Notes: generated by a model from the letters alone, not told the origin. Shown: positions 1 to 14,619, numbered from the stretch's first letter. The stretch is 64,000 nucleotides of DNA from Geosiphon pyriformis uo1 (GCA_016748015.1 JAAOMT010000665.1:124001-188000), one strand, 5' to 3'. A program made the numbers and translations.

Positions 1-115
1 CAAAACTCACTTCAAAAGAATCATCAATACCAATTAATCTAACTATGCCATCTGATACACTTTGCTCTGAGCTACAATGCACCAATGGCAATATTTCTAA
101 GTCACTAACCAGAAA
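1..115 (-). mobile_element. Fragment of LINE ORF2 C-terminal region (runs off window start)
   Basis: Reverse strand reads ...GIVRLIGIDDSFEVSF, similar to the ORF2 C-termini of the other copies (GVVKLLGIEEVFGVGF at ~7070-7120). Confidence 0.55.
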
Positions 116-581
116 AATTTTTACAATTTTTTAAATTATTATTAAAATTTTTGGAATTTTTATTAGTATTTTAAAATTTCTAATATTATATGCTTTAATA
201 ATTTATATTATATTATTTATTATTTATATTATATTTTGTCTTTTATTTTTTTTTGTTTTTATTTCATAAATAATAGTGGTAATTTATTTAACAAATTTTT
301 AATAACTAATAATAGTTTTTTTAATATTATTAAAAATAATATTAAAAAACAAAAAAAGCAGTTAATTTGATTTTTATCTAATTAATTTAATTTTTAAAAT
401 CAAATAATTTAATAAAATAATTGTTTAAAAATATATCTAAAAATATGAATTTTGGTTTAAAAAAAAAAATCTTTCTCTTGTTGATCTTCTGGTCACAATG
501 AGAGATAAAATATACTGAAAAGATAAATTTTCTTTATTCTTTTTTCCCCTTATTTTCGTAGTTATTTCTTCTAATATACCT

Positions 582-2503
582 TTGTTTGTGAATATAGATC
601 TAGTCAGCTCTTTTGTTGGTGGGTCAGTGCCTGTTTTGGCTGGGTTGGTGACCTGGTCTGGTGTTAAAACCAAATGGTTGATAAGTGTTCATTCACATAG
701 TGTTTCTTACAAAAAACTCAAAAAATCTGCCATTGTTGACAATGTGGTCAAGACTTTGGCTGGCTCTTTAATTCTTATAGATATGGTTACTGACAGTAAC
801 AAATCTGCAAAGTCCTAGAGCAGTGAAGTAAACAGCAAAACAAGTAGCATTAGCAATATATTGGACCTGGAGAACATGAAGAATACAGTTGTAAAAAAGA
901 CCAGTTATGCAGATTCCAATGCCTCAAAAATCAATGATGCTATAGGCAACACCACACCAAGAAAAACTTGTATTAGAACATATGTTTTGGGCAGCAAACT
1001 GAAGACTTCTTCTTTCAACAATTTGAGTGACGACAATAATAATATATTGACACTTTCAGTTCCTAAATTTTCTGGTGCTAAGCATTTGCTGAATATTGAG
1101 TTATGTGTTCTGGATAGGTGCAATTTCCAGCCAGTCAAATCTTTTGCATTGAATATTGAGCTATCTGCTGTACCTAAAAAGACAAATAGTAATAAGTTAA
1201 TTGCAATCAAAAAATTTTTTTATCAAATTGATGGTTTTGGGGGGGCTTCTACTCCCTTAAAATTTCCAGAGATCATTAAATCTTCATTTACTTCTGAAAT
1301 GAGTTTGAAAAAGGCAAAAGAATTGATGGTCAGTAAAAAAATTTTAGTTAATGATAATGTTAAGCAGGTAAACAAACATTTGGATTGGAAAATAATTGTT
1401 AAGGAGATTCCAATTGATCTTCTCAAATTGGCTATGGAATCTGTTTTTTCTAAGTTTGAAAAGATTGTATCAATCAAGATACAATTAATTGGCCTGTGGC
1501 AAAAGACTTTAGTAGAGTTTGAATTATCTAAGATAGCTGATTTAGTTGCTGCTGAATGGTCTGTTCTCATAAGAAAAGATTCTGTTCATATGACAAAAGC
1601 AGTTGATGACAAACAAACATGGGTATTAAGAGATTAACATTAGACACTGCTGTATACATTATTAGTTGGCACTACTGCTCATAATCTTTCTGGTTTGTTG
1701 GCATTCTATGGTAGAAAAACTTGTTTTGTTGGTTGTAATCTGGCAATGTATGTTCGTGATAGGTGTGCTGTAATTTGTTTTAGTAATGAGACATCCAAAT
1801 TGGCAGCCATTGGTTTACTGCCTGTTTTCAAGAGTGTGAATTTGCACTGGATTAGTCTTTTTCTGGCCTGTTGTGCCAAGTGTAAACAATCTGATCATGT
1901 TTCTGAATTTTGTTTATTAGATAGGTTTTCTGGTATTTACAGGAAATGGATAGTGACTTCTCAGGATCAGATCTATTTGGCCAATATATATAAAAAAAAA
2001 CAGACACCCATTGCTCATCCAGTTTCTTTTGGTGGTCTCTCTTGGATAAAGATTGTTGGTAGGTCTTCTTTCTCTTCCCTCTCTAGCCAAAATGTTTTGG
2101 CAAATGTTGGCTCCTCTTCGGGGATGAAGCCATTCCTACCAGTTGTAAATAAAATTAATAATAGGTTTGCTGCTCTTGAGTGTAGTCTCATCAGTCTTGT
2201 GGAGCAAGTCAGTAAGCTGGCTAAGAAGTTGGATGCACTTGGGCTAATGATTTCCCAGTCTAGCCCTGGATGTCAGCCATTGGTGACCCCTTCATCACAG
2301 GATTATGGGGCAGATGTAGTGATGAATGAGATTTAAGTGTATCCACTAATGGTAAAACTGTTGTGGGAATGGTGTCTCTCAATGTGTCTTTGGTGTCTAA
2401 GCTGGAAGATAACATGAGGTGTTTAATAGGAACAGTTCTGGGCCTTTCGGCCAAGGTAAACAGTCTTAATGCGAGTTTGGTTTCCTGACCCATTTTTTAA
2501 TAA
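582..2503 (+). pseudogene. LINE ORF1 (gag-like, CxxC knuckle remnant CAKCKQSDH), disrupted
   Basis: ORF fragments 582-818, 861-1637 and 1695-2336 are collinear with the ORF1 fragments of copy 2 (7913-8632, 9071-9547). Confidence 0.75.
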
Positions 2504-5500
2504 GTAGTTTAATTTGAAAAGTTGCTACTTGCAATGTTAAAGGAATGAACAATTCTGTAAAACAGGATGATATTATTTATTGACATAAGGATGTGAACAA
2601 TTTGATCTCTATTGTTACTAAAACTAAGTTAAAGGGTAAAATTCATTTATGGATTATGAATAAGTTTAGTGGTGTCTGGGTTTTCACTTCTGGTTTGAAT
2701 TCTGGTTATATGGGCTCTGGTGTTGCAATTATCATGAACGTTTCTTTGGCAAAACACATAAGCAAAGTTTTTGAGATGTCTGGTTGGCTCCTATCTATTA
2801 AGTTATTGTTTAAGAATAAACTTTCTGTGTCAATTTTGGAGCTTTACATTGGTGCTTCTTTAATGGTTCAGTTCTCTTAGGCTGACAAAATCAACTTTCT
2901 CATTGCAAAGGCTGTGAACAAATTTTTTTTCATCATTCTTGGTAGAAATTTCAATGAGAACGGTTTGCGCAAATGTGCTAGTTTCAAAAAGTGTCTCAAT
3001 CTGGGGCTGGTCAACTCTCTGCTAAGTAGCTTGGTCATGAGAGATCCCACATGGGAAAATTCAATGGGTGTAAAAAAAACAATTGATTATGTATTTGTTT
3101 CTCCAAATCTGGTCAATATGATAGTACATTATAATGTTTCAAAAGTTGGTGAACATTTTGATACAGATCACTGGGCTGTTTCAGTGTCCATAGGTTTGGA
3201 TGGGTTTTTAGATACACAGTTGAACTCTATTTACAAGTAAGTGAACAAGAATTGTTGGAAATTTGATGTCAAATGCACAGATGAAATTAAATAGACTGAA
3301 TTTAAGAATACTACATTGGCCAATGCTGTGATGTTCTCTAGTGAGTTTGCTGCTGCTGTGAAGTTTTCAGATCTAGATACTATATGGAATGTTGTGTGCA
3401 AAGTGATGTGTCTTTTAGTGAATGAAGTTTTTAAGAAAAAGTGGTTTAAAAAATATAATGGTGTCTTTACCAAGGAATCTTCTAAATTCCATAAGCTTGA
3501 AGTTTTGGTGTTAAGGATTGCCAAAGTTTTACATGTGAGTGTTAGTGGTGCCTTTGAGTCTTTAATGGACCACTGAGAGTCTTTGAATGCTAATAAGACT
3601 TTGTTTGTTCAGGCTCTGTTGGATTCCAGTATAGATTTTGATCATGTGTGTTTGGTTTTTTTTAAGGTGCAAAAATCATATTGTGCCTCCAAGCTTGTTA
3701 AGTCTTTATGGGCTGAGGAGTCAAAAATTAGGTCAGCTGTTAATAAATGAATGGAAAATTTTGTGGTTGATAAAGATTACATGATTAGAAACATGCTGGA
3801 GTGTCCTTTTTGAAAGGTGGTTTTAGATTATCTGGTGGTTAAAAATGAACTGATTTTGGAGCCCAATCTGGTCAAAGCCAAAGTAGATGTTATAATGGAA
3901 GACTGGACTAGAAAGCATGAAGTGGTGGAAGACTTTTCTGATGATTGGTCTTATCAATATTAGTCTTTGGATTATGTTTTTGATAATGCTTTTTCGAGTG
4001 TGATGTGTTCAGTTGGTTTTGATGAATTAATTAGTGTGGTATTTGATCTACTTAATGGCAAGGCTGCTGGTTTTTCTGGGGTCTCAAATAAGCTTTGAAA
4101 GCATTGCAACAAATTGGTTATGGATATGCTTTTGATTTTTTTAAATTCTTGTTTGGTCCTTGAGTCAGTGCTAAGTGCTTAAAAGAAAGCCTAAGTCTCA
4201 ATGATTCCCAAGCCATATGAGTGGAAGGGGATTCTTACGAACACCCAACCTATTGCCTTAATTAAGACTGCTTACAAAATTTTTTTTAAGATTCTCTTAG
4301 ACAGGATTTCTTCGGCATACAGCACTTTTGATGTTTTACATAGGGACAATTTCTCAGTTTTAAAGAGTACAATCATGCAGTCTCCAATTCTCACCATTGG
4401 TTCAGTTGTTAAGAATGCATTGGAAAAGAACTATGAGCTCTGATTGGTCTTGCAGGACATACAAAAGGTGTATGATTTGGTTGATTGGGAGCATTTTAGA
4501 AAAAACTTATTTAAAATAAAAATGTGCAATAAATTTATTAGATTTTTTGGTGGCATTCACAATGATTATGTTAACAGGGTTATAACAGATTTCAGTTTGA
4601 CAGATGGATATTGGGTGCATGATAGTTTAGATCAAGGGAAGGTCTTTTCATCTTTTTTTTAACATATATTTTATGATCCTCTTTTGTATGAAGTTAGAAG
4701 ACAGGAAAGTATATATGGGTATAGGCTGAACTTTTATTTTATTGCCAGAACTGGTCATGTAGAATCTCAGGCTGGATTGATGTCTTTTTTTGCTGCTGGT
4801 GCTTTTGTCAATGACACAATATGAGTTAGTAGCAGTCAGACTACAACACAACATATTTTCAATGTTGTTAGTAAGTTTTTTAAGATCAATAATATTTCTA
4901 TTAATAACAACAAGATAGTGGTCATTCTTATTAATTGTGGAGTAAGATGTTCTTCTTTGTCAATTAGTGGTTTGCTTATTTCTATTGCCAAGAAAGAGGA
5001 GTCTTATTGCTATTTGGATATTTTTTTGTCTATGGATGGCTTGTTAAAGCTTAGTTTAACTATAGTGTATTCAGATGTCAGGTTTTTTGTCAATCTTGTA
5101 CTAAGAAAGATCATTTTAGATAAGTAGTTCTTATATTTGGTGTTAGCTGTTCTATATCCTATTGTTGGTTACAGGATGCAGTTCAGTTTTGTTCCTATTA
5201 GGGTATATAAAAAGTGGGATGCCCTGGTTTACAAGGTGTTAAAATTAAAATCTGGTCTGCCTTGTGACTTTTCCAGTAATGCATTTTACCATTTTTTTTT
5301 GTATGGTTTAAAGTCTTTTGAGCAAGTCCAGACTGAAAGCAAGGTGGCTTCTGTTGTATGTTTTGTGAACTCTGTTGGGATCTTAAGACATTTGTTTTTA
5401 CACAGATCTCTTGACTTGTAGGCTCTGAGTTGGCACCCATTTCATCCTTTGATTTCTCCAGTTCGTATTAAGGTCAACTCTTCTAATAATTTTTTAGCAG

Positions 5501-7186
5501 ATGTAGTTCATATTTTTCTTGGTTACAACTTATCTTTGAGTGGTCCGATGGTCAGTTCTTTCCACTTTCAGAATAAAACTTCTATGTTAACTGTTTTTGG
5601 TGAGTTTAATTTCTTTAGATTTTTTCTTTCACTTCGCTGCTATAGCATAGCCTTTGTGGAGCAGCTTTATAGTTAAAAGGATGCTATTTTTGATTGAAAG
5701 ATCTTTAAGCATTGGAAAAGACTAGACCCATGTGGCCCTGTTTTAGAATAATTTAAGCTTTTTGTTGACTTCCTTGGTGGTATAGCTTTTTCTCCTGCTA
5801 GTCCTTTCCCTTTGGGTAGTTGTGAACTTTTAAGTGTTCTGAAGTCTAATGAGTTTAGGCTTGTTTATAAGCAGTTGTTGGATGTTGTAGCTAACACTCT
5901 ATCTGTATATATGAATAGATCTCTGAAGAACTTGGGCAATACTGATATGAGTACTGGCATGGCAGTTTTTTTGAGAATGTGAACTTGGATTTGGGAGTTA
6001 GGGCTTCTGGTCTGTTGTTCTTTACTTTAGTAGAGTTGTAGGCTATTGCTTTAGCTCTTAAGTGTGTCCCTTCTTTCAGCTCGGTTTATCTTTTCACAGA
6101 CAGTCAGGCTGCCTTGGATATATGTATATCAGAATTGAGTCTAATACATCCAGATTTTTGGAATTGGTGTTGAGTCAAGCATCAGCATATTGTAAACATT
6201 GTTAGGAAAAAAATTTAAATATCAGTTGGTGCAAGATTAAAAGTTATTTGGGTGTCTTGGATAATGAATATATGGACACTTTTGCTGATGTGGCTTCTCT
6301 TTCCCCTTGGTGCCTTCCTCTTAGCTTGAAAGAATGTTGTATTCTGGTGGAAAATAGTGTTGTTTTTGGGAATTTTAGACATTTTATTCATGAAATTTTT
6401 TATTCTATTCATTGTACATACTAGCAGCTTGGTTCTGAATTTGGAGTTTTGGATGGTAGTTTGCTTTCAGATATGAACTGGCCAAGCTTGTTATTGATGT
6501 GACATCCCAATTTGCACATGGCTGCTGGTTTCACTAGTGAGTCTACTGTCAGCACTTGTATGTATTTTATGAAGGCTTTGCATCATCAATTGCCAGTTTC
6601 TGTTTAGAAGTGTTTATATAATAAGCTTTACTCTAGTGTGTTGTGTCTGTATTGTGAAGATGTTGAGGTCTCAAATCATGCTTTTTCTTGTATGTTTAAT
6701 AATTCAGCTTATTGTTATTTGTTAGATATCCATGCATTTATTTGGTATACACTTTCTGGTCTTTCCATTTTCTCTTCATGTGTATCTTGTTTATTGTTAT
6801 CTTGTGTTTTAAATGTTGTAGTGTGTACAGCCCTCTGCAAGGATTTTGTTTTCAAGGATTGGCTTTATAAAGCTGCATCAGTTTTCAGAGATTCCAAAGT
6901 TGTGGGTCAGAAAGTTATGGACTTTGTACATGACTTCTGTCTTGCTTTTAGGGAGGAAGTTTAATTGGTCCATGCCAAGCATTGTGTTTTCATAGAAAAA
7001 AATGGGCTAATACTATTTGATGAATCAGTTCCAAGGTCAGTTTTAGGGCTGTTTTCATCATTTTTTCCTGGTGTGGTTAAGCTGTTGGGCATTGAAGAGG
7101 TGTTTGGTGTAGGGTTTGGATTTTATAAGTTTTGTTTGTTCTTTTTAGATATTGGAGGGCCTGTTTCTGTTTATATAGATGCTTAG
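2500..7186 (+). pseudogene. LINE ORF2 (AP endonuclease, reverse transcriptase, RNase H, CCHC), disrupted
   Basis: Successive ORF fragments carry APE, RT, RNase H and zinc-finger motifs, separated mostly by TGG>TAG/TGA and CAR>TAR stops. Confidence 0.85.
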
Positions 7187-7480
7187 TGTTGTCTTGATCA
7201 GCTTGAGTGGCTGGTTGTATATAGAAAATGCATAATTCACACTTAGTTTAGATTAATTATTTGATGTATTGTACTAAGCAATATTTGGATCTCACTCATT
7301 AAATGAATAAAAAAAAATATATATTTAAAAATATATTTTATTGTATTTTTAAAATTAACAAAAATTAATTAAAAATTAATATTATCTAAAACAGAAAATT
7401 TTATCTTATTTATAATTATAATAAAATTAAATATTATAATTAATATAATAATATAAACTAAATAAATAATAGTTTTAAAA

Positions 7481-10400
7481 CTCTTTTTTTTGTTGATTTC
7501 TAATCACAGCAAAAGTATTGAGTAGTCAAAAAATACACCTTTTTTTTTTTTATTTATAGCTATTTCTTTTAATATATATCTTTTTGTTACTATAAAACTG
7601 GTAGACTTTTTTGCTAATGATTCTAGTTCTGTTTTGGCTAAGTTGGAGTCTTGGTCTGGCTTTAAAAAACAAAAAGCATGTGTTAAAAGTGTTTACTTTT
7701 GTGGTTTCTTATACAAAAAACCTAAAATATCTGGATTTTTCAACAATATGGTGGATTTGTTAGCTGGACTTTTTTTTGTTGATATGTTACAGAATAACAG
7801 TAGTAAATAGAGAAGGTCCTGGAATAGTAAAGTAAATAGTAAGAAAACTAACATAAGTAGAATATCAGATGTCAAAAATATAAAGAACACAGTTGCTGAA
7901 AAGACTAGTTATATGAATTCCAATGCTTCAGAAACTGACAATATGATAGATAAAACTACTCTAAAGAAGATAAGAATGAAAATATATATTTTAAGACAAC
8001 TGCCAAAAGTGTTATCCTTTAAAAATTTAAGTGACAATAATGCCAAGATGATGCTTTTAGTACCTAGGTTTATGGATTCCAAAAAGTTGTCATGTTCTGA
8101 TTCATATAGTAAAAAAATCAAAAGTTTTAGTTTAAAAAAAGCTTTTATGCTAGACATTGAGCTTTTTGCTGTATCTGGCAAGTCTTCTGATAATAAATTA
8201 ATAGCATTGAAAAAAATTTTCTACAATATTGATGGTTTTGGAAGGGCATCTACTCCCTTAAAATTTTCTGGTATCATTCAATTGACTTTTATATTTGAGT
8301 TTAGTTTAGCTAAAGAGTTGGCTGTCTATAAGAAGATTTTGGTAAATAATAATATAAGAAAATTAAACAGCCACTCGGATTGAATAGTAATCATCAAAAA
8401 AATTCTAGTAAATCTTCTCAAATTGGCTGTTGAGTCAGTTTTTTCTAAATTTAACAAGATTGTATCTATTAAAATGCATTTGATTGGGCTGTGGCAAAAA
8501 GCTTTGATTGAGTTTAAGTTAATGAATATTGTTAATTTGGTTACTTTCAAATGGTTAGTTCTTATAAGTAAAAATTTTGTTTGTGTGGCATTGGTTATCA
8601 ATAACAAAGAATTGTGGATATTAAGAAATTAGCATCAGACTTTATTATATACTCTTTTAGTTGACACAATAGTTCATGATTTCTCAAAATTTGTTAGAAT
8701 TATATGGTGAAAAAACTGTTTTATTGGCTGCAATTTTAATTTTTATGTACAAGATAGATGTACAATAGTATGTTTTGTTAATGAGGCATCCAAATTGGCT
8801 GCTATTGGTTTTACTTTAGTGTTTAAGAGTGTGAATTTATAATGGGCTGGATTTTTTTTGGTCTGTTATACTTAGTGTAAACAGTTTGGTCATATTTTTG
8901 ATGGTTATTTAATAGGTAGAAATTCTGATGGTTGTAATAAGTAAGTGGTAACTTCTCAGAATTAGGTTTGTTTGGCCAATATTTATAAATAAAAACAAAC
9001 ACTCATTGCTTACTTAGTTTTTTTTAGTGGTAAAACTTAGGCCCAGATTGCTGGTAGTTCTTTTTTTTATATGGTTTTGTTATTTTTTTTAAGTGCTGGT
9101 TTATTTTCAGATGCAAAACCCATTTTGATGGTTTCCAATCCTCTTGACAATTCTTGTTTGACTAATTGTTTGGTTTTTTTAGAGTGCTCTTTAAAGCTTT
9201 TGGCAGATCAAGTTTCTGTTATTGTGAAAAAATTAAGTTTTGTTGAATTGGTGCCTCTGGTATTCTCATCTTATGCTTTTTTTTCAGTTACTCTTGTGTT
9301 TTTGGCTTCTAATTTGGATTTGAATATAACTTTGAATGATATGTTGATGTCATTTACTCCTTTTTTCTCAGTTGTTGCTAATGCAGTTGCTGACTTTAGC
9401 TTAAGTAGTTCTAAAATTTTAACCACCAAAGTGGGTAATTTGGAATCAAAGATGGTGGCTTTGAAAGTGTTAGTTGGATTAGTTTTGGAGAGGTTGGATC
9501 ATTTATGCTCTGGTTTAGATTTATTGGCCTTCTTTTTATCTCAATAAGTGATTTGGTTTGAAAATTTGCTATGTGCAATGTTTGTGGTATTAATGTTTTT
9601 GCAAAACAAGATAATATAGTTTGTTGGCATTGTAACTCAGATAATATAGTCTCTTTTGTTACTGAAACAAAGTTGAGATTTACTATTGGATCATGGATCA
9701 AGAATAAGTTTAATAGAATTCAGATTTTTATCTCTGGTTTGGATATTGGTTTCCTTGGTACTGATGTTACTATTATTATAAATAATTTCTTGGTTTATTA
9801 TATTTTTAGAGTAGAAAAAATTTTTGGTCAAGTTGTGTCAGTACATCTTTTGTTCAAGGGCAAGCTCTCAGTTACAATTTTTGGTTTGTATGCTAGTATT
9901 TTTTTTGATGTTTGGTTTAAACAGGCCTTGGAGGTCAATTTTTTCATTGCAAAAACTGTTAACTTCAGCACTTTTGTGGTCTTGAGTGGAAATTTCAATG
10001 AAAATAGATCTGAGAAGAGTACAAGTTTCAGGTTTTGTTTGGGTCTAGGTTTGGTTAATTTGTTTAATAGATACCTTCTAATTAAAGCCCCAACTTAAAG
10101 CAACTTAAAGCAACTTAAAAGGTGTTAAAAAAGTTTTAAATAATATTTTTGTAAATAAAAGCTTATTATCAGCAGTTATTAATTATAGTATTGGTTCTGT
10201 GTCTACTTTTTTTGACACTGATTATAGAATGGTTATGGTATTTATTAACTTGAGTGGGCTCTTGGATATTCATTTGAATAACTTGTACAAACAAGCTAAT
10301 AAAGATCATTGGAAGTTTAAAATCAAGAATACAAATGGTGCCAAGTGAATAGTTTTAAGGATTGCTTTTCTGCCAAGCTTTTAAAGATAAAAAAGTTTCT

Positions 10401-13400
10401 GGATGCTGAAGCTTATCATGATTTAAACACTATATAGTTGTTGCTGAAAAGGATAATAGTGGACTTAGCTGATAAGATATTTTCTAGACTTTGGTTTGGT
10501 GATTTTTAGTGTTCAAAAAATATGCAGTCTTCTAAGTTTCTGAGACTGGAATTGTTAATTGCCAAAATTGTTAAAAGATTGAGCTTAGACAACATCCTTT
10601 GTTTTAATTATCTTATAAAAAAGTAGTCAACTTTAGATGCTAATCAAGCTTTTATGGTAACAGATATAGTTTAGAATAGTAGAAAATTGGTGAATATTCT
10701 CAAGCACTTATTATTAATTAAAAAAAGATATAAGAGGTCCAAAATATATAAGTCAAAGTTGATTGAGGAGGCATCTATTAAGAAAGCAATTAAGAGGTGC
10801 ATGAATAAATTTTGTTCTAATAAAGATAATATGATTAAGAGTGTTTTGGATTGGCTCTTTTGCAAAATGGTTCTGAATCATTTAGTGATAGATAATAAGT
10901 TGATTTTGAAACTGAAAGAAGTAAAGCTCAGTATTGATAAAATCATAAAGAATTGAACAAGAAAGCAGAATATGTCTTTAGCAGTATCTGATCTTTGGGC
11001 TTGCCAATATGTACTGTTAAATTACATAAGAAATAATATTTTTTCTGGTATAATATGCATAATTAGTATGAGTGAGTTGTTTTTGGTTGTTAATGGTCTG
11101 CTTAATGGCAAAATTTCAAGTTTGTTTGGCATTCTTAATAAACTATGAAAGCATAGTGAAAATGGGGTAATGGAATATCTTTTAGGACTGTTAAATGCAT
11201 GTTTAACAGTTAGTGGTGTTTCTGTTTTGCAAAAAAGAGCTTGGGTTTTAATGATTCCTAAACTTTATAACTGGAATAGAATTTTCATAAACACTAGACT
11301 TATTGCATTAATCAAAATTGCCAGAAAGATTCTCTTCAAGATTTTTTCTGATAGGATTTTATTTGCATATAGTAAGTTTAGCATCTTTTATAGTAATAAC
11401 TTTTCTGTTTTGAAAAGTACATCTATTTAATTTCCTGTGTTTGCAGTTGGTTCAGTGGTTGAAGACACTAAAAAAGAATTAGGAGCTTTGGTTGGTCTTA
11501 CAGAATATGCATAAGATATATGACTTGGTTGGTTGGCACTACTTGAAGATTAGCTTAAGGTATATCAAAATGTGTAATAGATTTATAAATTTCTTTGGTA
11601 GTATACATAATAATAGGGTCAATAAGATAATAACAGATTTCAGTCTCTTAAAAGACTATAAAGTACATGATAGTTTAGATCAAGATGAAGTTTTTTTTTC
11701 TCTTTTTTGAAAGATTTTTTATGATCTGCTTTTATGTAAGGTCAAAAGACATGAACATTTATGTGGATATTGGATTAATACTAAGTTTGTGACAAAAACT
11801 GGCAGAGTTGAAAATAATAGTAGTTTGTTTTTTTTCTTTATGGCTGGCACATTTGTGGATAATACAATTTGGATTAGATATTGTTAGGCTTTTATGCAAT
11901 ATGCTCTAAATATTATTAGTGAATTTTTTTCAATCAATAATATTTCAATTAATACTAAAAAAACTGTGGCTATTTTTATTAATCAGAATATTAGAGTTGC
12001 TTCTTTAAGTATTAGTGGTCAGCCAATTTCAATTGTCAAAAAGAATAAAATGCACAAATATCTGGAGATTTTTTTGTCAACCAAGAGATTGTTCAAGCCA
12101 AGTGTAACTAAGGCTTATTCTGATGTTTGTTTTTTTGTCAATGTAATATTCAGAAAAACTATTACAGATAAGCAGTTTTCTTATTTAGTGTCAGCTGGTT
12201 TACAATCTATTGTTAGTTACAGGATCCAATTTAGTTTTGTCTTATTGAGTGTGTGTTACAAGTAGAATTTTATAATCAGAAAGAGCCTTAAGACTAAAGC
12301 ATGTCTGCTATATGATTTCTCTAATAAGACTTTGTACCATTCATTATTATATGGTCTGAAATCTTTTAAGCAAATGCAATCAGAAAGTAAACTGGCTGCT
12401 GTGGTCTTATTTTCTAATGCTTCAGGCATTTTTGGTTGTTTATTTTATTATAAATTCTTAGATTTGCAGATTTTGGAGTGAGTTCTTTTGAATTCCTTAC
12501 AATTTTTTTTTAAATTGCTTATTAGTTCTATAAACAATTTTCTGGTTGGTGTGGTTAAGATTTTTTTAAGTAATGAGCTATTTTTGACAAACAATTTGCT
12601 TAATGTTTTTTATAGTTTTGGTGTTTTTTCTATGTCATTGATTTTTGAAAAGATTTTGTATCTTAGTTCTGTTTATTCTTTAAAACATTTTGGAGTTGCT
12701 TTTAGTAATAGACTTTTTAATAAAAAAAGCTATGTGATAGATTGGAAGATCTTCTGTTAATAAAAGAGATTAGATCTTAAAAACTTTATTCCTTATTGGT
12801 TTAATATCACATTAAAATTTTTGTGTAGTAAAAATTTTTTGTTATCTGTCTCATCTGTATGTATTTGGCCAGTTAGCTTGGATATCTTAGATTCTAGAGA
12901 GTTTGCTAATGTGTGAGATGATTTACATAAAATTTGGTCTGATTTGTTCAAGATATACACAAATGGTTTGTTAAAGAATGCTGGCTTTGTTGGTGTTATT
13001 GGTAATGCTACTGCATATTTTCTGGTTTTAAATATAAGTGTTAATATTGGAGTTTACAGTTTTGTATCTTCTACTATGACTGAGCTATAGGCTGTTGCTT
13101 TGTCTTTGGAGTGTGTTTTATTATCTTGCTCTTTGGTTTTGTATCTTAATAACCAAGTTGATATTAATGCATATGTGTTTGAGATATTATTTGCTGTGCC
13201 AGATTTTTGTAATCAATACTGGATTGAGAGAAGACATATTGTTAATTTGATTAGAGATAAGAATCTTATGATGAGTTGGGTTAAGATTAAAAGTTATTCT
13301 AGAATTTGTGGTAATATAAAGGCAGATACTACCACAGGCATGACCACTAAATCTCTTTTTTCTTTGCCAGTAGAAGTGTGAAAACGTTTTTTGGTGGCTG

Positions 13401-14378
13401 AGGATACTGTTGTATCTGACAATGCTCATTATTTTGTTAGGAACATTTTTAGGTCTGTTTGTTATGCTCATTAAGAGACTGGTTTTGACTGTAATATGGT
13501 TTCTAATATATTGATCAAGGATATAGATTAGGATATTACTGCTAAAATTTGGCACCCTGATTCATATATGCTCACTGATTTTACTAGTTGGAAGTTATTC
13601 AACCTTTGTACATATTTAATAAAAACTGTGTACAAGTGGTTATTAGTAACTGTTAAGAAAAAGTTGTATGATAAAAGATATTTTGGTGTACTGTGTTTGC
13701 TGTGTGATAAAGTAAAATTATTGAATTATGTTTTTACTTGTGCTCAGAATGTTGGTGTTTGGAAAGAAATTTTGGTTGAGGCCTCTATGTAATAAATTGC
13801 TTCAGCAGATTTTTATGGTTTGTTTTCTTCTGCTGTTTTATAGATGCTCTTTTGTTGTTTATTAAATACTGAAACTTATGCAGTTGTGTATAAAAAGTTT
13901 ATGCTGAAGGATTAGTATACAGAGACTATTAAGATTTTTGATGATAAGAAGGAGACCATCTCTGTTGTTGTTGATTTTGTGAGGTATTTGATAGAGTTGT
14001 ATCATTTTAAGATCTAGCTGGCAAAGTTTAGGTTTAGAATTAATATAGAAAAAACTGATTTGGTTGAAGATAACAGTGTGATATTAGGTTTATTATGTAG
14101 TTTGGCATTAATGCTGTCAAATAGTATGGTTAAAATGCTTGACATTATTAAGTTTTTTGCTGTTAGTTTTGGCTATTGTAGACTATGTCTTTTTTTTTTG
14201 GTCTAGATTGTGATATATGTATTAGTATAAGTATGTAATATTGTCTTGTCTGGCCTGAATGACTAGCCATATATAGTAAGTACATAAGTCACATTTAATT
14301 AGAGCCACTTAGTCTGGTTCTATGTACTAGATAGTGGTTAGACTTCACTCAATAAACAACTTTAATAAAATAAAAAAA
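7481..14378 (+). mobile_element. Near full-length decayed LINE copy 2 (same family, different subfamily)
   Basis: 5' end similar to copy 1 (ttgttgatttctaatcac vs ttgttgatcttctggtcac). ORF1, APE (MCNVCGIN), RT (LDQDEVF, FVDNTIW), RNase H (IYTNGLL) and CLLCDKV finger; 3' UTR and A-rich tail. Confidence 0.9.
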
Positions 14379-14619
14379 TATAAACTAATAAAAAAACCAA
14401 AAAAAACCAAAACTTTATTTTATACAAAAAAAAATAAAATTTAAAACATTAAAACTATTAAAAATACCAAAAAAAAACTTTTTTTAAAAAGATTATTATT
14501 AAATATAACAAATAATTAAAAAAGTTATTTTTTAGCTGTTTTAACTTTTTTAGTTATTTAAGTAATAATAAAAAAATTAATAAAAAAATTAATAATTTCT
14601 TATTAAATACTCTAAAACT

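Larger units (their letters stand above)
471..7317 (+). mobile_element. Near full-length decayed non-LTR retrotransposon (LINE copy 1; ORF1 + APE-RT-RNase H-CCHC ORF2)
   Basis: APE motifs (KVATCNVKGMN, LGRNFNE, TIDYVFVS, TDHWAV). RT motifs (MIPKPYEW, LQDIQKVYD, LDQGKVFS, AFVNDT). Decayed RNase H (VYMNRSL from YTDGSL, LFTDSQAAL). CCHC finger CLYCEDVEVSNHAFSC. 3' UTR and A-tail ending ~7317; preceded by TTTAAAA. Many stops. Confidence 0.9.

Noticed and set aside
10091-10120. CAACTTAAAG x3 tandem in LINE copy 2
   Set aside because: This is a local slippage duplication in a dead element, with no functional implication.
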